A program made the translations under genes and the position numbers. A stretch of DNA of 64,000 nucleotides from positions 8,185 through 72,184 of the forward strand of contig JANLFJ010000008.1 in assembly GCA_024655825.1 (NCBI GenBank), read 5' to 3'. The DNA is from Peptococcaceae bacterium (GTDB lineage Bacteria; Bacillota; Peptococcia; DRI-13; PHAD01). Positions 35,804 through 45,637 of the stretch are shown here, piece after piece. The first letter of the stretch is position 1, and each line of letters begins with the position of its first letter. The notes beneath the pieces are model-generated. The model did no database searches. It had not been told where the DNA came from and was given only the letters and a program-made list of their open reading frames with translations.

Positions 35804-36177
35804 AATGATTGAATCCTTTCGATTCTCTCCCCCAATTTGCTATTGTTTGCAGCCCGGTGGCTGGCCCGCACCAATAACTTGTTTCTTGACTTCGATAGGG
35901 AACATTTGTTGAATAGTAAATAGTGTCAATGTTTATGGTAGTACCTCGTATTGTTCTTGCCTTTCGCTCCTCATTGAAATTTTTTAGCAGCTTTAATTTC
36001 TCTATGGTTCTCTTTGCGTTTTCCTCAGCATTGGCGTCCGGTTCGACATTGCGCTCTCCATATATCTCGTATTGTTTTAATGCATCCATTTCATTTTCTC
36101 CAGCCGTTGTCGGCAGGCAGGGTGTTAAAAGAAATACTGAGAAAAGAATGAGTATAAATGTATTTTTATATTTTCAT
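35790..36177 (-). pseudogene. Small secreted protein with a papain/C39-like SYWCGPA motif; its signal peptide is encoded out of frame with the only available ATG (possible frameshift or truncated remnant)
   Basis: The track ORF starts at 36089. The same frame continues upstream as KYKNTFILILFSVFLLTPCLPTTAGENE with no start codon. The ATG at 36177 (SD GGAGGG upstream) is offset by 1 nt across an A4 run. Confidence 0.4.
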
Positions 36178-36340
36178 AGCGATACCACTACCCTCCTTTG
36201 GTGGCCCTATATATCAATAATACTTTAAATTGTATTAATTGTCGATGTATTACATAATAATACTGTATAATAAGACAGGCCGGGCCTTTATGAGCAGTAA
36301 GGCATGTTATCAAATCAAGCAGGAATGAATTATTACAAAA

Positions 36341-36375
36341 AGCGCCCCGGAAGCCGGTGCTGCTTCCGGGGCGCT
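36341..36375 (-). terminator. Rho-independent terminator of clpB
   Basis: Perfect 14-bp stem AGCGCCCCGGAAGC/GCTTCCGGGGCGCT, followed on the minus strand by TTTTT. Confidence 0.8.
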
Positions 36376-36382
36376 CCCTTCG

Positions 36383-38974
36383 TCATCGCAGGACCAGTTG
36401 CCCGTCTTGTTCGTCCAGGGTGACAGTTGCTCCGGGTTCGATTTTGCCGGCCACCATCATCCGGCTGAGGGGCGTCTCGATTTCCTGCTGGATGAGGCGC
36501 TTGAGCGGCCTGGCGCCGAAGCTGGGGTCGTACCCTTTTTGAGCCAGATAGTCCAGGGCGGCGCCGGACCAGGAAAGCTTCAGCTGGGTATTGTTCTCCA
36601 GCCTGTGCGCCAGCCTCTCCAGCATTAGACGGGCGATTTCGCGCATCTGCTCCCGTTCCAGGGCGTGGAACACGACGACCTCGTCGATCCTGTTCAGGAA
36701 TTCGGGGCGGAAATGCCGGCGCATAAGGTCGGTTACCACCTCTTTTATCCGGTCATAGTTTCCGGTTCCCCGGCGCTGGAAATCAAGGATTTCCTGGCTG
36801 CCAATGTTAGAGGTCATGATCAGGATGGTGTTCTTGAAATCAACGGTCCTGCCCTTGCCGTCGGTGAGCCGGCCCTCGTCCAGTATCTGCAGCATTACGT
36901 TGAATACGTCGTGGTGGGCCTTTTCGATTTCATCGAACAGCACTACCGAATATGGTTTCCGGCGCACAGCTTCGGTCAGCTGCCCGCCTTCCTCGTAGCC
37001 CACGTAACCGGGAGGGGCGCCGATCAACCGGGCGACGGAGTGTTTCTCCATGTATTCGGACATGTCTATCCTGATCATGTTGCGCTCGTCGTCGAAAAGG
37101 GCTTGGGCCAGCGCGCGGGCCAGCTCGGTTTTGCCCACCCCGGTCGGACCCAGGAAGATGAAACTGCCGATTGGCCTGTTGGGGTCTTTGATCCCGGCCC
37201 GGGCCCGCAGGACAGCATCGGCTACGGCCCTGACGGCCTGGTCCTGGCCGACCACCCGCTGGTGCAGCAGTTGATCGAGACGCGCCAGTTTTTCTTTTTC
37301 GCCCTCCATCAGCCTGCTGACGGGTATGCCGGTCCAGCGGCTGACCACCCGGGCGATGTCCTCTTCGTCCACTTCTTCCTTGAGCAGCATGCTGCCCTTC
37401 TGTTTGCCGGCCAGGTGCTCCTCTTCGGCCTTGAGCTTGCGCTCCAGGTCGGCCAGCTTGCCGTATTTCAGTTCGGCCATGCGGTTCAGGTCGTATTCGC
37501 GTTCGGCCTTTTCGATTTCCAGTTTGGTCTCTTCGATCTCCTTTTTCAGCTGGCGGACCCTGGATATGCTCTGTTTTTCAACCTGCCACTGGGCACGCAG
37601 GGCATCCGCTTCGCTTTTTAAGTCAGCCAGCTGCTTTTGCAGTTTTTCCAGGCGCTGCCCGGCAGCGGGGTCGTCCTCTTTTTTCAGGGCCGCTTCCTCA
37701 ATTTCCAGTTGCATGACCCGCCGGTTGATTTCGTCCAAAGCCGTGGGCAGGCTGTCAATTTCCGTGCGCAGGCGGGCAGCAGCTTCGTCCATCAGGTCGA
37801 TGGCCTTGTCGGGTAGGAAGCGGTCGCTGATATAGCGGTCCGAAAGCACAGCGGCGGAAATCAGCGCGCTGTCTTTGATGCGCACGCCGTGGTGGATCTC
37901 GTAGCGCTCTTTAAGCCCGCGCAGGATGGAGACGGTGTCCTCCACCGAAGGCTGGTGAACCATAACCGGCTGGAAACGGCGTTCCAGGGCGGCGTCCTTT
38001 TCCACGTGCTTGCGGTACTCGTCCAGGGTGGTTGCCCCGATGGCGCGCAGCTCGCCGCGGGCCAGCATGGGCTTGAGCAGGTTGCCGGCGTCGACCGCGC
38101 CTTCGGCTGCGCCTGCGCCGACCACTGTATGGAGCTCGTCGATGAACAAGATGATGCCGCCCTCGGAGCGTTGCACTTCCTTGAGAACCGCCTTCAGCCG
38201 TTCCTCAAACTCGCCCCGGTACTTGGCGCCGGCGATAAGAGCGCCCATGTCCAGGGCGATCACCCGTTTGTTTTTCAATCCCTCCGGGACGTCGCCGGCC
38301 ACGATGCGGCGGGCCAGCCCTTCCACGATGGCCGTTTTGCCCACCCCGGGCTCCCCGATGAGCACAGGGTTGTTCTTCGTCCGGCGGGAAAGGATTTCAA
38401 TGACCCGGCGGATCTCGTCATCCCGCCCGATCACCGGGTCGAGCTTTCCTTCCCGGGCCAGTCGGGCAAGGTCGCGGCCGTATTTTTCCAGGGCTTCGTA
38501 AGTCTCTTCCGGGTTTTCGCTGGTTACTTGCTGGTTCCCCCTCACCGCGCGGAGGGAGTTGAGCAGGGAGTCCCTTCGCAAGCCAGCCTTGTGCAGGAGT
38601 TCCCGCAGGTCGCTTTCGCCCTCTTCCAGCAGGGCCAGCAATAGGTGTTCGACGCTTACGTAGCTGTCCTTCATGTCGCGCGCCTCTTTTTCGGCGCGGG
38701 CCAGCACCCTGGCCAGGCCGCTCCCGAGGCGCAGCGCGCCGTCATAACCGTGCACGGCCGGCAGCCTGTTCAAAAGTTCCCTCGCCTTTTCCCGCAGGGA
38801 ATGGCTGCTGACACCGGCGTGGTCAAGGATGCGGGGAGCCATGCCGCCTTCCTGCTCCAGAAGGGCCGCCAGCAGGTGCTTCCCGGTTATCTCCTGGTGG
38901 TGCAGTTCTGCCGCCAGGTTCTGGGCGGCGCTGACGGCTTCCCTGGACTTTTGCGTGTAGTGGTTAATATCCAC
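36383..38974 (-). CDS. clpB: ATP-dependent chaperone/disaggregase ClpB
   Basis: 863 aa. Two AAA+ modules (GEPGVGKT and GPTGVGKT) and a long middle coiled-coil domain. Confidence 0.95.
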   Translation of the reverse strand: MDINHYTQKSREAVSAAQNLAAELHHQEITGKHLLAALLEQEGGMAPRILDHAGVSSHSLREKARELLNRLPAVHGYDGALRLGSGLARVLARAEKEARDMKDSYVSVEHLLLALLEEGESDLRELLHKAGLRRDSLLNSLRAVRGNQQVTSENPEETYEALEKYGRDLARLAREGKLDPVIGRDDEIRRVIEILSRRTKNNPVLIGEPGVGKTAIVEGLARRIVAGDVPEGLKNKRVIALDMGALIAGAKYRGEFEERLKAVLKEVQRSEGGIILFIDELHTVVGAGAAEGAVDAGNLLKPMLARGELRAIGATTLDEYRKHVEKDAALERRFQPVMVHQPSVEDTVSILRGLKERYEIHHGVRIKDSALISAAVLSDRYISDRFLPDKAIDLMDEAAARLRTEIDSLPTALDEINRRVMQLEIEEAALKKEDDPAAGQRLEKLQKQLADLKSEADALRAQWQVEKQSISRVRQLKKEIEETKLEIEKAEREYDLNRMAELKYGKLADLERKLKAEEEHLAGKQKGSMLLKEEVDEEDIARVVSRWTGIPVSRLMEGEKEKLARLDQLLHQRVVGQDQAVRAVADAVLRARAGIKDPNRPIGSFIFLGPTGVGKTELARALAQALFDDERNMIRIDMSEYMEKHSVARLIGAPPGYVGYEEGGQLTEAVRRKPYSVVLFDEIEKAHHDVFNVMLQILDEGRLTDGKGRTVDFKNTILIMTSNIGSQEILDFQRRGTGNYDRIKEVVTDLMRRHFRPEFLNRIDEVVVFHALEREQMREIARLMLERLAHRLENNTQLKLSWSGAALDYLAQKGYDPSFGARPLKRLIQQEIETPLSRMMVAGKIEPGATVTLDEQDGQLVLR

Positions 38975-39986
38975 GGGAATTCCCTCCTCTTCTCAAACTG
39001 GCCAGCTGGCGATAAAGGTCTTTTTCCTGCTGGCTCATGCTGTACGGGATGTCAATCTGGATTCTCACATACTCGTCCCCCCGGCCCCCGCCTTTTTTGG
39101 GCCAGCCCTTCCCGCGCAGGCGGAGCTTCTGGCCGCTGCGGGTCATTGGGGGCACGGTCAGCAGGACTTCGCCGTCAAGGGTGGGCACGGGAACACGGTC
39201 ACCGTTGACCGCCTGTTCGGGAGTCAGAACCAGCTGCACTTCCAGGTCGCTGCCGTTCAAGGTGAAGACAGGGTGCGGCCTTATTCTTACATTGAGATAA
39301 AGGTCGCCGCGATGTCCCCCGCCCAGCCCTTCTCCGCCCTGCCCTTTCAGGCGGATCCTGCTGCCTGGCTGGATGCCCGGCGGTATTTTCACTTCCAGGG
39401 TTTTAACGGTGTTCCTGCTTCCCAGGCCGGCGCAGGAAGCACAGACCCCGGCGCTGGTGCGGCCCGTGCCGCGGCAGGAAGGGCAGACGTCGCGCGAGGT
39501 GAGCTGGATGGCCTTTTCCCCGCCCCGGTAGGCTTCTTCCAGGGCAAGTTCCAGCTCGCTTTCAATGTCCTGGCCGCGCAGTTTTTCCGGCTGCCGGAAA
39601 TTTGCACCTGTGAAGCCGGAGATGTCATGGCCGAACAGGGCTTCGAAAAACTCGCTGAAGCCTCCGAAATCGAAGTCTTTTTCCCCTGCGGATGTCCAGG
39701 TGTAGTACTGGAAGCCGTCCATGCCGGGCGGCGGCTGCCATGCCTGGCCGTGCTGCCAGCCAGTTCCCAGGCTGTCGTACCTGGCCCTCTTGTCCGGGTC
39801 GCTTAACACTTCATAGGCCTCGTTGATTTCTTTAAACTTGTTCTCAGCGTCTTTTTTGTCGCTACCGGAATGCAGGTCGGGGTGGTATTGGCGGGCCAGC
39901 CTGCGGTAGGCGGCCTTTATTTCCTTGTCGGTGGCGCCGCGTTCAACGCCCAGTATTTTGTAGTAGTCTTTATATGTCGCGACCAT
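38964..39986 (-). CDS. J-domain co-chaperone (DnaJ-like, reduced zinc-finger region)
   Basis: DYYKILGV and HPD motif. Only two CxxCxGxG-type units ([16 protein letters not shown]). DnaJ C-terminal domains are present. Confidence 0.85.
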   Translation of the reverse strand: MVATYKDYYKILGVERGATDKEIKAAYRRLARQYHPDLHSGSDKKDAENKFKEINEAYEVLSDPDKRARYDSLGTGWQHGQAWQPPPGMDGFQYYTWTSAGEKDFDFGGFSEFFEALFGHDISGFTGANFRQPEKLRGQDIESELELALEEAYRGGEKAIQLTSRDVCPSCRGTGRTSAGVCASCAGLGSRNTVKTLEVKIPPGIQPGSRIRLKGQGGEGLGGGHRGDLYLNVRIRPHPVFTLNGSDLEVQLVLTPEQAVNGDRVPVPTLDGEVLLTVPPMTRSGQKLRLRGKGWPKKGGGRGDEYVRIQIDIPYSMSQQEKDLYRQLASLRRGGNSRGY

Positions 39987-40006
39987 ACAAATCACCCCAC
40001 AGGACC

Positions 40007-40050
40007 ATAAGATGCCGGAAAGGGCTGCGGCCTCATTGCCGGCATCTTAT
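40007..40050 (-). other. Perfect 12-bp hairpin in the dnaK/dnaJ-like intergenic spacer
   Basis: ATAAGATGCCGG / CCGGCATCTTAT with a 20-nt loop. Confidence 0.5.
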
Positions 40051-40058
40051 GTCTCCCG

Positions 40059-41948
40059 CTATTTTTCGGTGTATTCGGCATCGATCACGTCATCGGAGGC
40101 GCCGTGTTTTCCGGCGGTGTCATTCCGGCCGGGTCCCTGGTAAGCGTGGTCCTGCTGTCTTGCAGTGTGGAAAGCTGCGGCCGCCTGCGTCAAATCGCTC
40201 ATCAGCGAGCGGAGCTTGTCGATCCCGGCGTTTTCTTTGAGCGCGGTTTTCAGTTCGCCGACGAGCTGTTCGATGCGCCCTTTCTCATGCACGGCCAGCC
40301 TGTCGCCCATTTCTTTGAGGCTCCTTTCCACCTGGTAGACCAGAGAATCGGCCTCGTTGCGCACCTCGATTTCCTGCCGGCGTCTTTTGTCTTCAGCGGC
40401 ATTGGCCTCGGCTTCCTTGATCATGCGGTCGATTTCCGATTTGCTGAGTGTGGAGGACCCGGTTATCGTGACGGATTGTTCTTTGCCGGTGGTCTTGTCC
40501 CTGGCGCTTACTTTGAGTATGCCGTTGGCGTCAATGTCAAAAGTGACTTCGATCTGCGGCACACCCCGGGGAGCAGGCGTTATCCCGTCGAGCTTGAACT
40601 GGCCGAGAGTCCTGTTGTCTTTGGCCATCTCACGTTCTCCCTGCAGCACGTGAATATCGACAGCCGGCTGGTTGTCTTCGGCGGTGCTGAATATCTCGGA
40701 ACGGCGCACGGGGATGGTGGTGTTGCGTTCGATGATCCTGGTCATTACGCCGCCCAAGGTTTCAACTCCCAGGGAAAGAGGGGTGACGTCGAGCAGCACG
40801 ACATCTTTGACTTCTCCGGCCAGCACGCCGGCCTGGATGGCAGCTCCTACGGCCACCACTTCATCCGGGTTGACGCTCTGGTTGGGGTTGCGGCCGCCGG
40901 TAAGTTCCCGCACCAGCCGCTGTACGGCCGGTATTCTGGTAGCCCCGCCGACCAGGATGACCTCGTCGATGTCCTTTTCGGTCAGCTTGGCGTCGGAGAG
41001 CGCGGCCAGCACAGGCCCGCGGCAGCGCTCCACCAGGTGGCTGGTCAGGTCGTCAAACTTGGCCCTGGTCAGTTTCATGTCCAGGTGCTTGGGGCCGGTG
41101 GCATCGGCCGTGATGAACGGCAGGCTTATTTGGGTCTCCGTGACGCTGGAGAGTTCGACCTTCGCTTTCTCTGCAGCTTCCGTAAGGCGCTGCAGGGCCT
41201 GCTTATCCTTGCGCAGGTCGATGCCGTAATCCTTTTTGAATTCTTCGGCCAGCCAGTCGACGATGACCTTGTCGAAGTTATCGCCGCCCAGGTGCGTGTC
41301 GCCGTTGGTGGCTTTAACTTCAAACACGCCGTCGCCGACTTCCAGGATGGAAACGTCAAAGGTGCCGCCTCCCAGGTCGAAGACGAGGATGGTTTCGTTC
41401 TTTTTCTTTTCCAGGCCGTAAGCCAGGGAGGCCGCCGTGGGTTCGTTGATTATCCGCAGGACGTTCAACCCGGCTATTTTGCCGGCATCCTTGGTCGCCT
41501 GGCGCTGTGAATCATTGAAGTAGGCCGGGACCGTGATCACCGCATCGGTGATTTTTTCTCCCAGGTACCTAGAGGCGTCGTCAACCAGCTTTTTTAACAC
41601 CATCGCGGAAATCTCTTCCGGCGCATAGAGCTTGCCTCCGATGTCGAAGCGTACCGTGTTGTTGGGACCTTGAACCACTTTGTACGGGACCAGTTCTTTT
41701 TCGCTGGAGACTTCAGGATAACGGCGGCCGATAAACCGCTTGACCGAATAAAGCGTTTTCTCAGGGTTGAGGGCGGCCTGGCGCTTGGCCACCTGGCCCA
41801 CCAAACGTTCACCGTTGTCGCGGAAAGCCACCACGGAAGGAGTGATTCTCGAACCTTCCGCGTTGATGATCACGGTTGGTTTGCCGCCTTCCAAGACGGC
41901 CACCACGGAGTTCGTGGTGCCCAGGTCTATTCCTACAGTTTTTCCCAT
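40059..41948 (-). CDS. dnaK: Hsp70 chaperone DnaK
   Basis: [17 protein letters not shown] and [11 protein letters not shown]. 629 aa. Confidence 0.95.
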   Translation of the reverse strand: MGKTVGIDLGTTNSVVAVLEGGKPTVIINAEGSRITPSVVAFRDNGERLVGQVAKRQAALNPEKTLYSVKRFIGRRYPEVSSEKELVPYKVVQGPNNTVRFDIGGKLYAPEEISAMVLKKLVDDASRYLGEKITDAVITVPAYFNDSQRQATKDAGKIAGLNVLRIINEPTAASLAYGLEKKKNETILVFDLGGGTFDVSILEVGDGVFEVKATNGDTHLGGDNFDKVIVDWLAEEFKKDYGIDLRKDKQALQRLTEAAEKAKVELSSVTETQISLPFITADATGPKHLDMKLTRAKFDDLTSHLVERCRGPVLAALSDAKLTEKDIDEVILVGGATRIPAVQRLVRELTGGRNPNQSVNPDEVVAVGAAIQAGVLAGEVKDVVLLDVTPLSLGVETLGGVMTRIIERNTTIPVRRSEIFSTAEDNQPAVDIHVLQGEREMAKDNRTLGQFKLDGITPAPRGVPQIEVTFDIDANGILKVSARDKTTGKEQSVTITGSSTLSKSEIDRMIKEAEANAAEDKRRRQEIEVRNEADSLVYQVERSLKEMGDRLAVHEKGRIEQLVGELKTALKENAGIDKLRSLMSDLTQAAAAFHTARQQDHAYQGPGRNDTAGKHGASDDVIDAEYTEK

Positions 41949-42001
41949 TATTTCATACCTCCTTTGAGCAATGGGTGGGTTAGTACTGTAAAAATGTGGT
42001 C

Positions 42002-42018
42002 ATTGACCAAATTTGACC
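42002..42018 (-). promoter_or_regulatory. CtsR-box-like tandem heptad just downstream of a candidate TATAAT
   Basis: The minus strand reads GGTCAAA-TTT-GGTCAAT, against the consensus (A/G)GTCAAA-NAN-(A/G)GTCAAA. TATAAT lies at 42027..42032 on the minus strand. Confidence 0.55.
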
Positions 42019-42233
42019 TTAGTTTAATTATAACCCGGAGCACTGCTGTTTAAGCAATAGTCAGGAAAGGTTAAATTAGCTTCCGGTTTGTCGTTTTCAA
42101 GAAATATGGCGGTATAGGTTTTATTATCTCCCGTTTTCCTTCTTTTTTTCCTGACAGCAAAAGAGGGGACGGTCCTTGCTCGTCTTTAAAGGGCAAGCCA
42201 GCACCGTCCCCTCTTGCTAATCTTTTCTTGCTT

Positions 42234-43484
42234 TCAGCTCACGTGTTTTTTACGCGAGAGAGCATGAAGCTTTTTGTAGCCTTCCAGCTTGACGTAGTCG
42301 GGCACGCCTTTCTTCATCGGCACGGAAACCTCGCCTTCGATCAAGGGCTGGGCATAGCGGATGAATTCGTAAGTCACGTAATTCCGGTCTTCGTTAATCA
42401 TGCTTAGCGGCATCGTCTTTTCGACGTTGGCCACCAGGTCCAGATCAACGAAGCCGGTTTTGCTGATATACTGGGGGTAATCGTTTCTTTCCAGGGTAAC
42501 CATAACGCCTGACAGCCCACGCACAGCCAGCTTGACCGCCTCCCGCCCGACCATGTATGCTTCGGAAGCGTCGACCCTGGCCGCATGGTGCATGGCGCTG
42601 CGCTGTGAGGAACCCAGGATGTTGCACCTTACCTTCACCTTGATTTCGCTGGTAATCATGTCCTTCAGGGTGTTGGCCAGGCCGTTGCCGAGCTTGACAT
42701 GACCAAAGGCGTCGGTTGTTTTTTCCGCCGCGAGGTAGCTGCCGTCCTCGGTCTTGAGTCCTTCGGAGGCGACAACGTAGCAGTAGCCCAATTTGTTGTA
42801 GACCTTGATCACGTCGGAAATGAACCTTTCCTTATTAAAAGCCACTTCGGGAAGATAAATCAGGTGCGGGGCGTCCTCATCGTGGTGTTTGGCCAGAGCG
42901 GCTGCCGCCGTGAGCCAGCCGGCGTTTCTTCCCATGACCTCGAGTATGGCGATGTCGCTTGAGGCGATTATACCCTGGAGGTCAAGGCCTGTCTCCTTTA
43001 CGACCGTGGCGATGTATTTTGCGGCGCTCCCGTACCCGGGGCTGTGGTCGGTATGGGGAAGATCGTTGTCCACTGTTTTGGGGACACCGATCACCCTCAT
43101 TTCATAGCCCGTTTCCAGGGCAAGCCTGTTTATCTTGCTGGCGGTGTCCATGGAGTCATTGCCGCCGACATAGAAAAAATAACGAATATTATGTTTTTTA
43201 AAAATGTTGAGCAGGGTATCGTAATCCTCTTCTTTTATTTTATAGCGGCAGGAGCCGAGAGCGGCGCCGGGAGTGTAACGCAGGCCTTCTATCGTCTGGC
43301 GGCTTTCCAGGCCGAGGTCAATCAGCTGCTCGTCCAGGACGCCTTTTATGCCGAACAGGGCGCCGTAAATTGTTTTGATCTGCGAATAGCGCATTGCTTC
43401 TTTGATCAGACCGCTGATGCTGTTGTTGATGACTGCAGTCGGCCCGCCGGACTGGGCTATCAGGCAGTTGCCTTTTAGGGTCAC
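42234..43484 (-). CDS. Phosphofructokinase, probably PPi-dependent type
   Basis: SGGPTAVIN, GGNDS and VPKTVDND. Asp and Lys occupy the positions that are Gly104 and Gly124 in ATP-dependent E. coli PfkA. Confidence 0.8.
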   Translation of the reverse strand: MTLKGNCLIAQSGGPTAVINNSISGLIKEAMRYSQIKTIYGALFGIKGVLDEQLIDLGLESRQTIEGLRYTPGAALGSCRYKIKEEDYDTLLNIFKKHNIRYFFYVGGNDSMDTASKINRLALETGYEMRVIGVPKTVDNDLPHTDHSPGYGSAAKYIATVVKETGLDLQGIIASSDIAILEVMGRNAGWLTAAAALAKHHDEDAPHLIYLPEVAFNKERFISDVIKVYNKLGYCYVVASEGLKTEDGSYLAAEKTTDAFGHVKLGNGLANTLKDMITSEIKVKVRCNILGSSQRSAMHHAARVDASEAYMVGREAVKLAVRGLSGVMVTLERNDYPQYISKTGFVDLDLVANVEKTMPLSMINEDRNYVTYEFIRYAQPLIEGEVSVPMKKGVPDYVKLEGYKKLHALSRKKHVS

Positions 43485-43656
43485 GCAGAATCAACTCCTT
43501 TGAAAAATGAGCTGCTAATGTCACTTTACAATTATAACAGCGCTTTCATTGCAATTACATAGGAGGGTACTGGCTCCCTTTCCAGCAACTGGCGTTTATG
43601 TTTATCCAACAGCATAAAAAGTTGAAAGAAGGCGGCCGGATAAAAACGGGTTGCTC

Positions 43657-44127
43657 TTAGCCGGGGTTTTCAAGCGCCTTAAATTTGCGGCATTCTTTGC
43701 AGTAGCCGTATACCTCGACCCGGTGTTCTACCGGCCAAAAGCCGCACTGGCTGTTTTTCAACATCTCTTCCATTTGCTTGACCGGGCAGTAAGGAAGGGG
43801 TTCGGTTTTATGGCAGAGGAGGCAGATCATGTGGTGGCGGTGGGTGTTTTCGGCAAGCAGTTTGTAGCGGGCGGCCCCTTCCAGGGTGATTTTTTCGATT
43901 ATCCCGTGTGAAACCAGGGATTCCAGGTTCCGGTAAACGGTAGAAAAACTTACGCCCGGTTCAGTTTTTCTGATCTGGTCAAAAATTTCCAGAGGCTTGT
44001 AGAGTCTGTTTTTTTCTTTTAAAAAGACTGTCAGCATCAACCTGCGGGCGGGAGTGCTTTTTAAACCTTTCATTTTTAGGGTATTCCCGGGATCGGCCTG
44101 TTTTGTTTTCATCATAACCACCATCAA
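43657..44127 (-). CDS. zur: Fur-family metalloregulator, probably Zur
   Basis: Winged helix plus HHHMIC and CxxC motifs. It is the last gene of the znu operon. Confidence 0.75.
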   Translation of the reverse strand: MMVVMMKTKQADPGNTLKMKGLKSTPARRLMLTVFLKEKNRLYKPLEIFDQIRKTEPGVSFSTVYRNLESLVSHGIIEKITLEGAARYKLLAENTHRHHMICLLCHKTEPLPYCPVKQMEEMLKNSQCGFWPVEHRVEVYGYCKECRKFKALENPG

Positions 44128-44175
44128 TTCAAAATCATATATAATTTTAACAAAAAAAGATAGACGGTTGAAAGC

Positions 44176-44979
44176 TCAAACTTTGGAAAACAAAAGGAGG
44201 ATGAGAAAATTCAAAACTGATGACATTACTATTGTCCCGCCGGGAGCCAGGTCGAGGTAATAGGAAGCGACAAGGCCTGCGGCGACGGCCAGGATTCCAA
44301 AAAAGACAGCCCAAAGGAGCGTGGCCAAAAAACCTTTGTGCAGCAGCAGGCTGGTCGCCGCGGGAATAACCATAAGGGAGGCGACGAGAAGGGCGCCGAC
44401 GAGCCGCAGGCCAAGGGCGACTATAACGGCGGCCAGGACAACGAGCAGGTGATTGAAAAAGCGGGTGTTGATTCCTGCCAGGCCGGCCCCTTCTTCATCG
44501 AAGGTGACAAAAAACAGCTCGCGGTAATAATAGGCAACCACACCGCAGGATAATGCGGCCAGGGACATGATCAGAAACAGGTCCTGCCGGGTCAGGGTGA
44601 TGATGCTGCCAAAGAGGAGGCTGGTAATACCGGCGTCGGAAGCCCTGGTGATCCCCAGCAAGATTGCGGAAGCGCCCAGGCCGGCGGCCATGATGACTGC
44701 CAGGGACAGTTCGCCGTAATAGTGGAAAAAGCCGCGCAATTTCTCCAGGAAAAGGGAAAGGAGAACGGAAAGGAGAAGAGCAGTGGGCAGGGGGCTTATC
44801 CCCCAGAGGATTCCCAGGAGTACACCGGCCAGGGAAACATGGGCCAGCGTATCTCCAACCAGGGAAAGGCGGCGCAGGACAAGGAAAAGCCCGATAGTGG
44901 GGCAAAGGGCGCCGACCATCAAACCCGCCAGGACGGCTCTGCGCATAAACTCATAATGCAAAATTTCCAAGTATACCAC
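44176..44979 (-). CDS. znuB: Zinc/manganese ABC transporter permease
   Basis: ABC-3 family hydrophobic protein. Overlaps the ATPase gene. Confidence 0.85.
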   Translation of the reverse strand: MVYLEILHYEFMRRAVLAGLMVGALCPTIGLFLVLRRLSLVGDTLAHVSLAGVLLGILWGISPLPTALLLSVLLSLFLEKLRGFFHYYGELSLAVIMAAGLGASAILLGITRASDAGITSLLFGSIITLTRQDLFLIMSLAALSCGVVAYYYRELFFVTFDEEGAGLAGINTRFFNHLLVVLAAVIVALGLRLVGALLVASLMVIPAATSLLLHKGFLATLLWAVFFGILAVAAGLVASYYLDLAPGGTIVMSSVLNFLILLLFSKV

Positions 44980-45637
44980 CGCTTTCGGGTTTTACTGCCG
45001 TTTCGATCGCCCGGCCTTTTTCTATGCGGATGACGCGCGAGGCACGCCCTAAAAAAGGGGCCGGGTCGTGGGTGACCATGACCACGGTCAGGCTTTCTTC
45101 GTGCAAAGCGAACAGCAGGCTGGTGAAATCCGCCTGTGCCTGGGCATCAAGACCTGTATACGGTTCGTCGAGTAAAAGCATATCAGGGCCTACGACCAGG
45201 GCGCGCGCAATGTTGACCCGCTGCAGCTGTCCCCCGGACAGGGAGCCGAGGAGGCACTTTCTTTTTTCCCGCAGGCCGACTTTTTCCAGGACTTTATTGA
45301 TTGCCTCCCTGCGCCCCGGAAAAACAAAAGGAAGATGCGCGGCGATAACCTCTTCTACGGTAGCCGGGAAACCCTGGTTATATGTAGAAGAGATTTGCGG
45401 GACATAACCAATTCTATTTTTTCCCCGCCCGGGCGGCGTGTTTACCCGGACAAGTCCGGCCTGGGGATTCAGCAAACCCAGCATAATTTTGAGGAGGGTG
45501 GTTTTGCCCGAACCGTTTGGCCCCGTCAAGACAAGGAATTCGCCGCGGCGGACGGTCAGGCTCAGGTTTGCCAGGACCGGCGCTCCTTTCGGGTATGAAA
45601 AAGTAATGTCCCTGATCAAAACGGCATCTTCATTCAT
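44951..45637 (-). CDS. znuC: Zinc/manganese ABC transporter ATP-binding protein
   Basis: GPNGSGKTT, LSGGQLQR and LLLDEP. Confidence 0.85.
   Translation of the reverse strand: MNEDAVLIRDITFSYPKGAPVLANLSLTVRRGEFLVLTGPNGSGKTTLLKIMLGLLNPQAGLVRVNTPPGRGKNRIGYVPQISSTYNQGFPATVEEVIAAHLPFVFPGRREAINKVLEKVGLREKRKCLLGSLSGGQLQRVNIARALVVGPDMLLLDEPYTGLDAQAQADFTSLLFALHEESLTVVMVTHDPAPFLGRASRVIRIEKGRAIETAVKPESGGILGNFAL

Noticed and set aside
36665-38644. Plus-strand ORFs of 318, 251, 169 and 163 aa opposite clpB
   Set aside because: ClpB is certain on the minus strand. These ORFs are compositional shadows.
40104-41510. 468-aa plus-strand ORF opposite dnaK
   Set aside because: DnaK on the minus strand is unambiguous. 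The shadow ORF has no motifs and no RBS.
41949-42233. CIRCE (HrcA) or HAIR (HspR) elements upstream of dnaK
   Set aside because: There is no TTAGCACTC-N9-GAGTGCTAA and no CTTGAGT-N7-ACTCAAG on either strand. The only repeat present matches the CtsR heptad instead.
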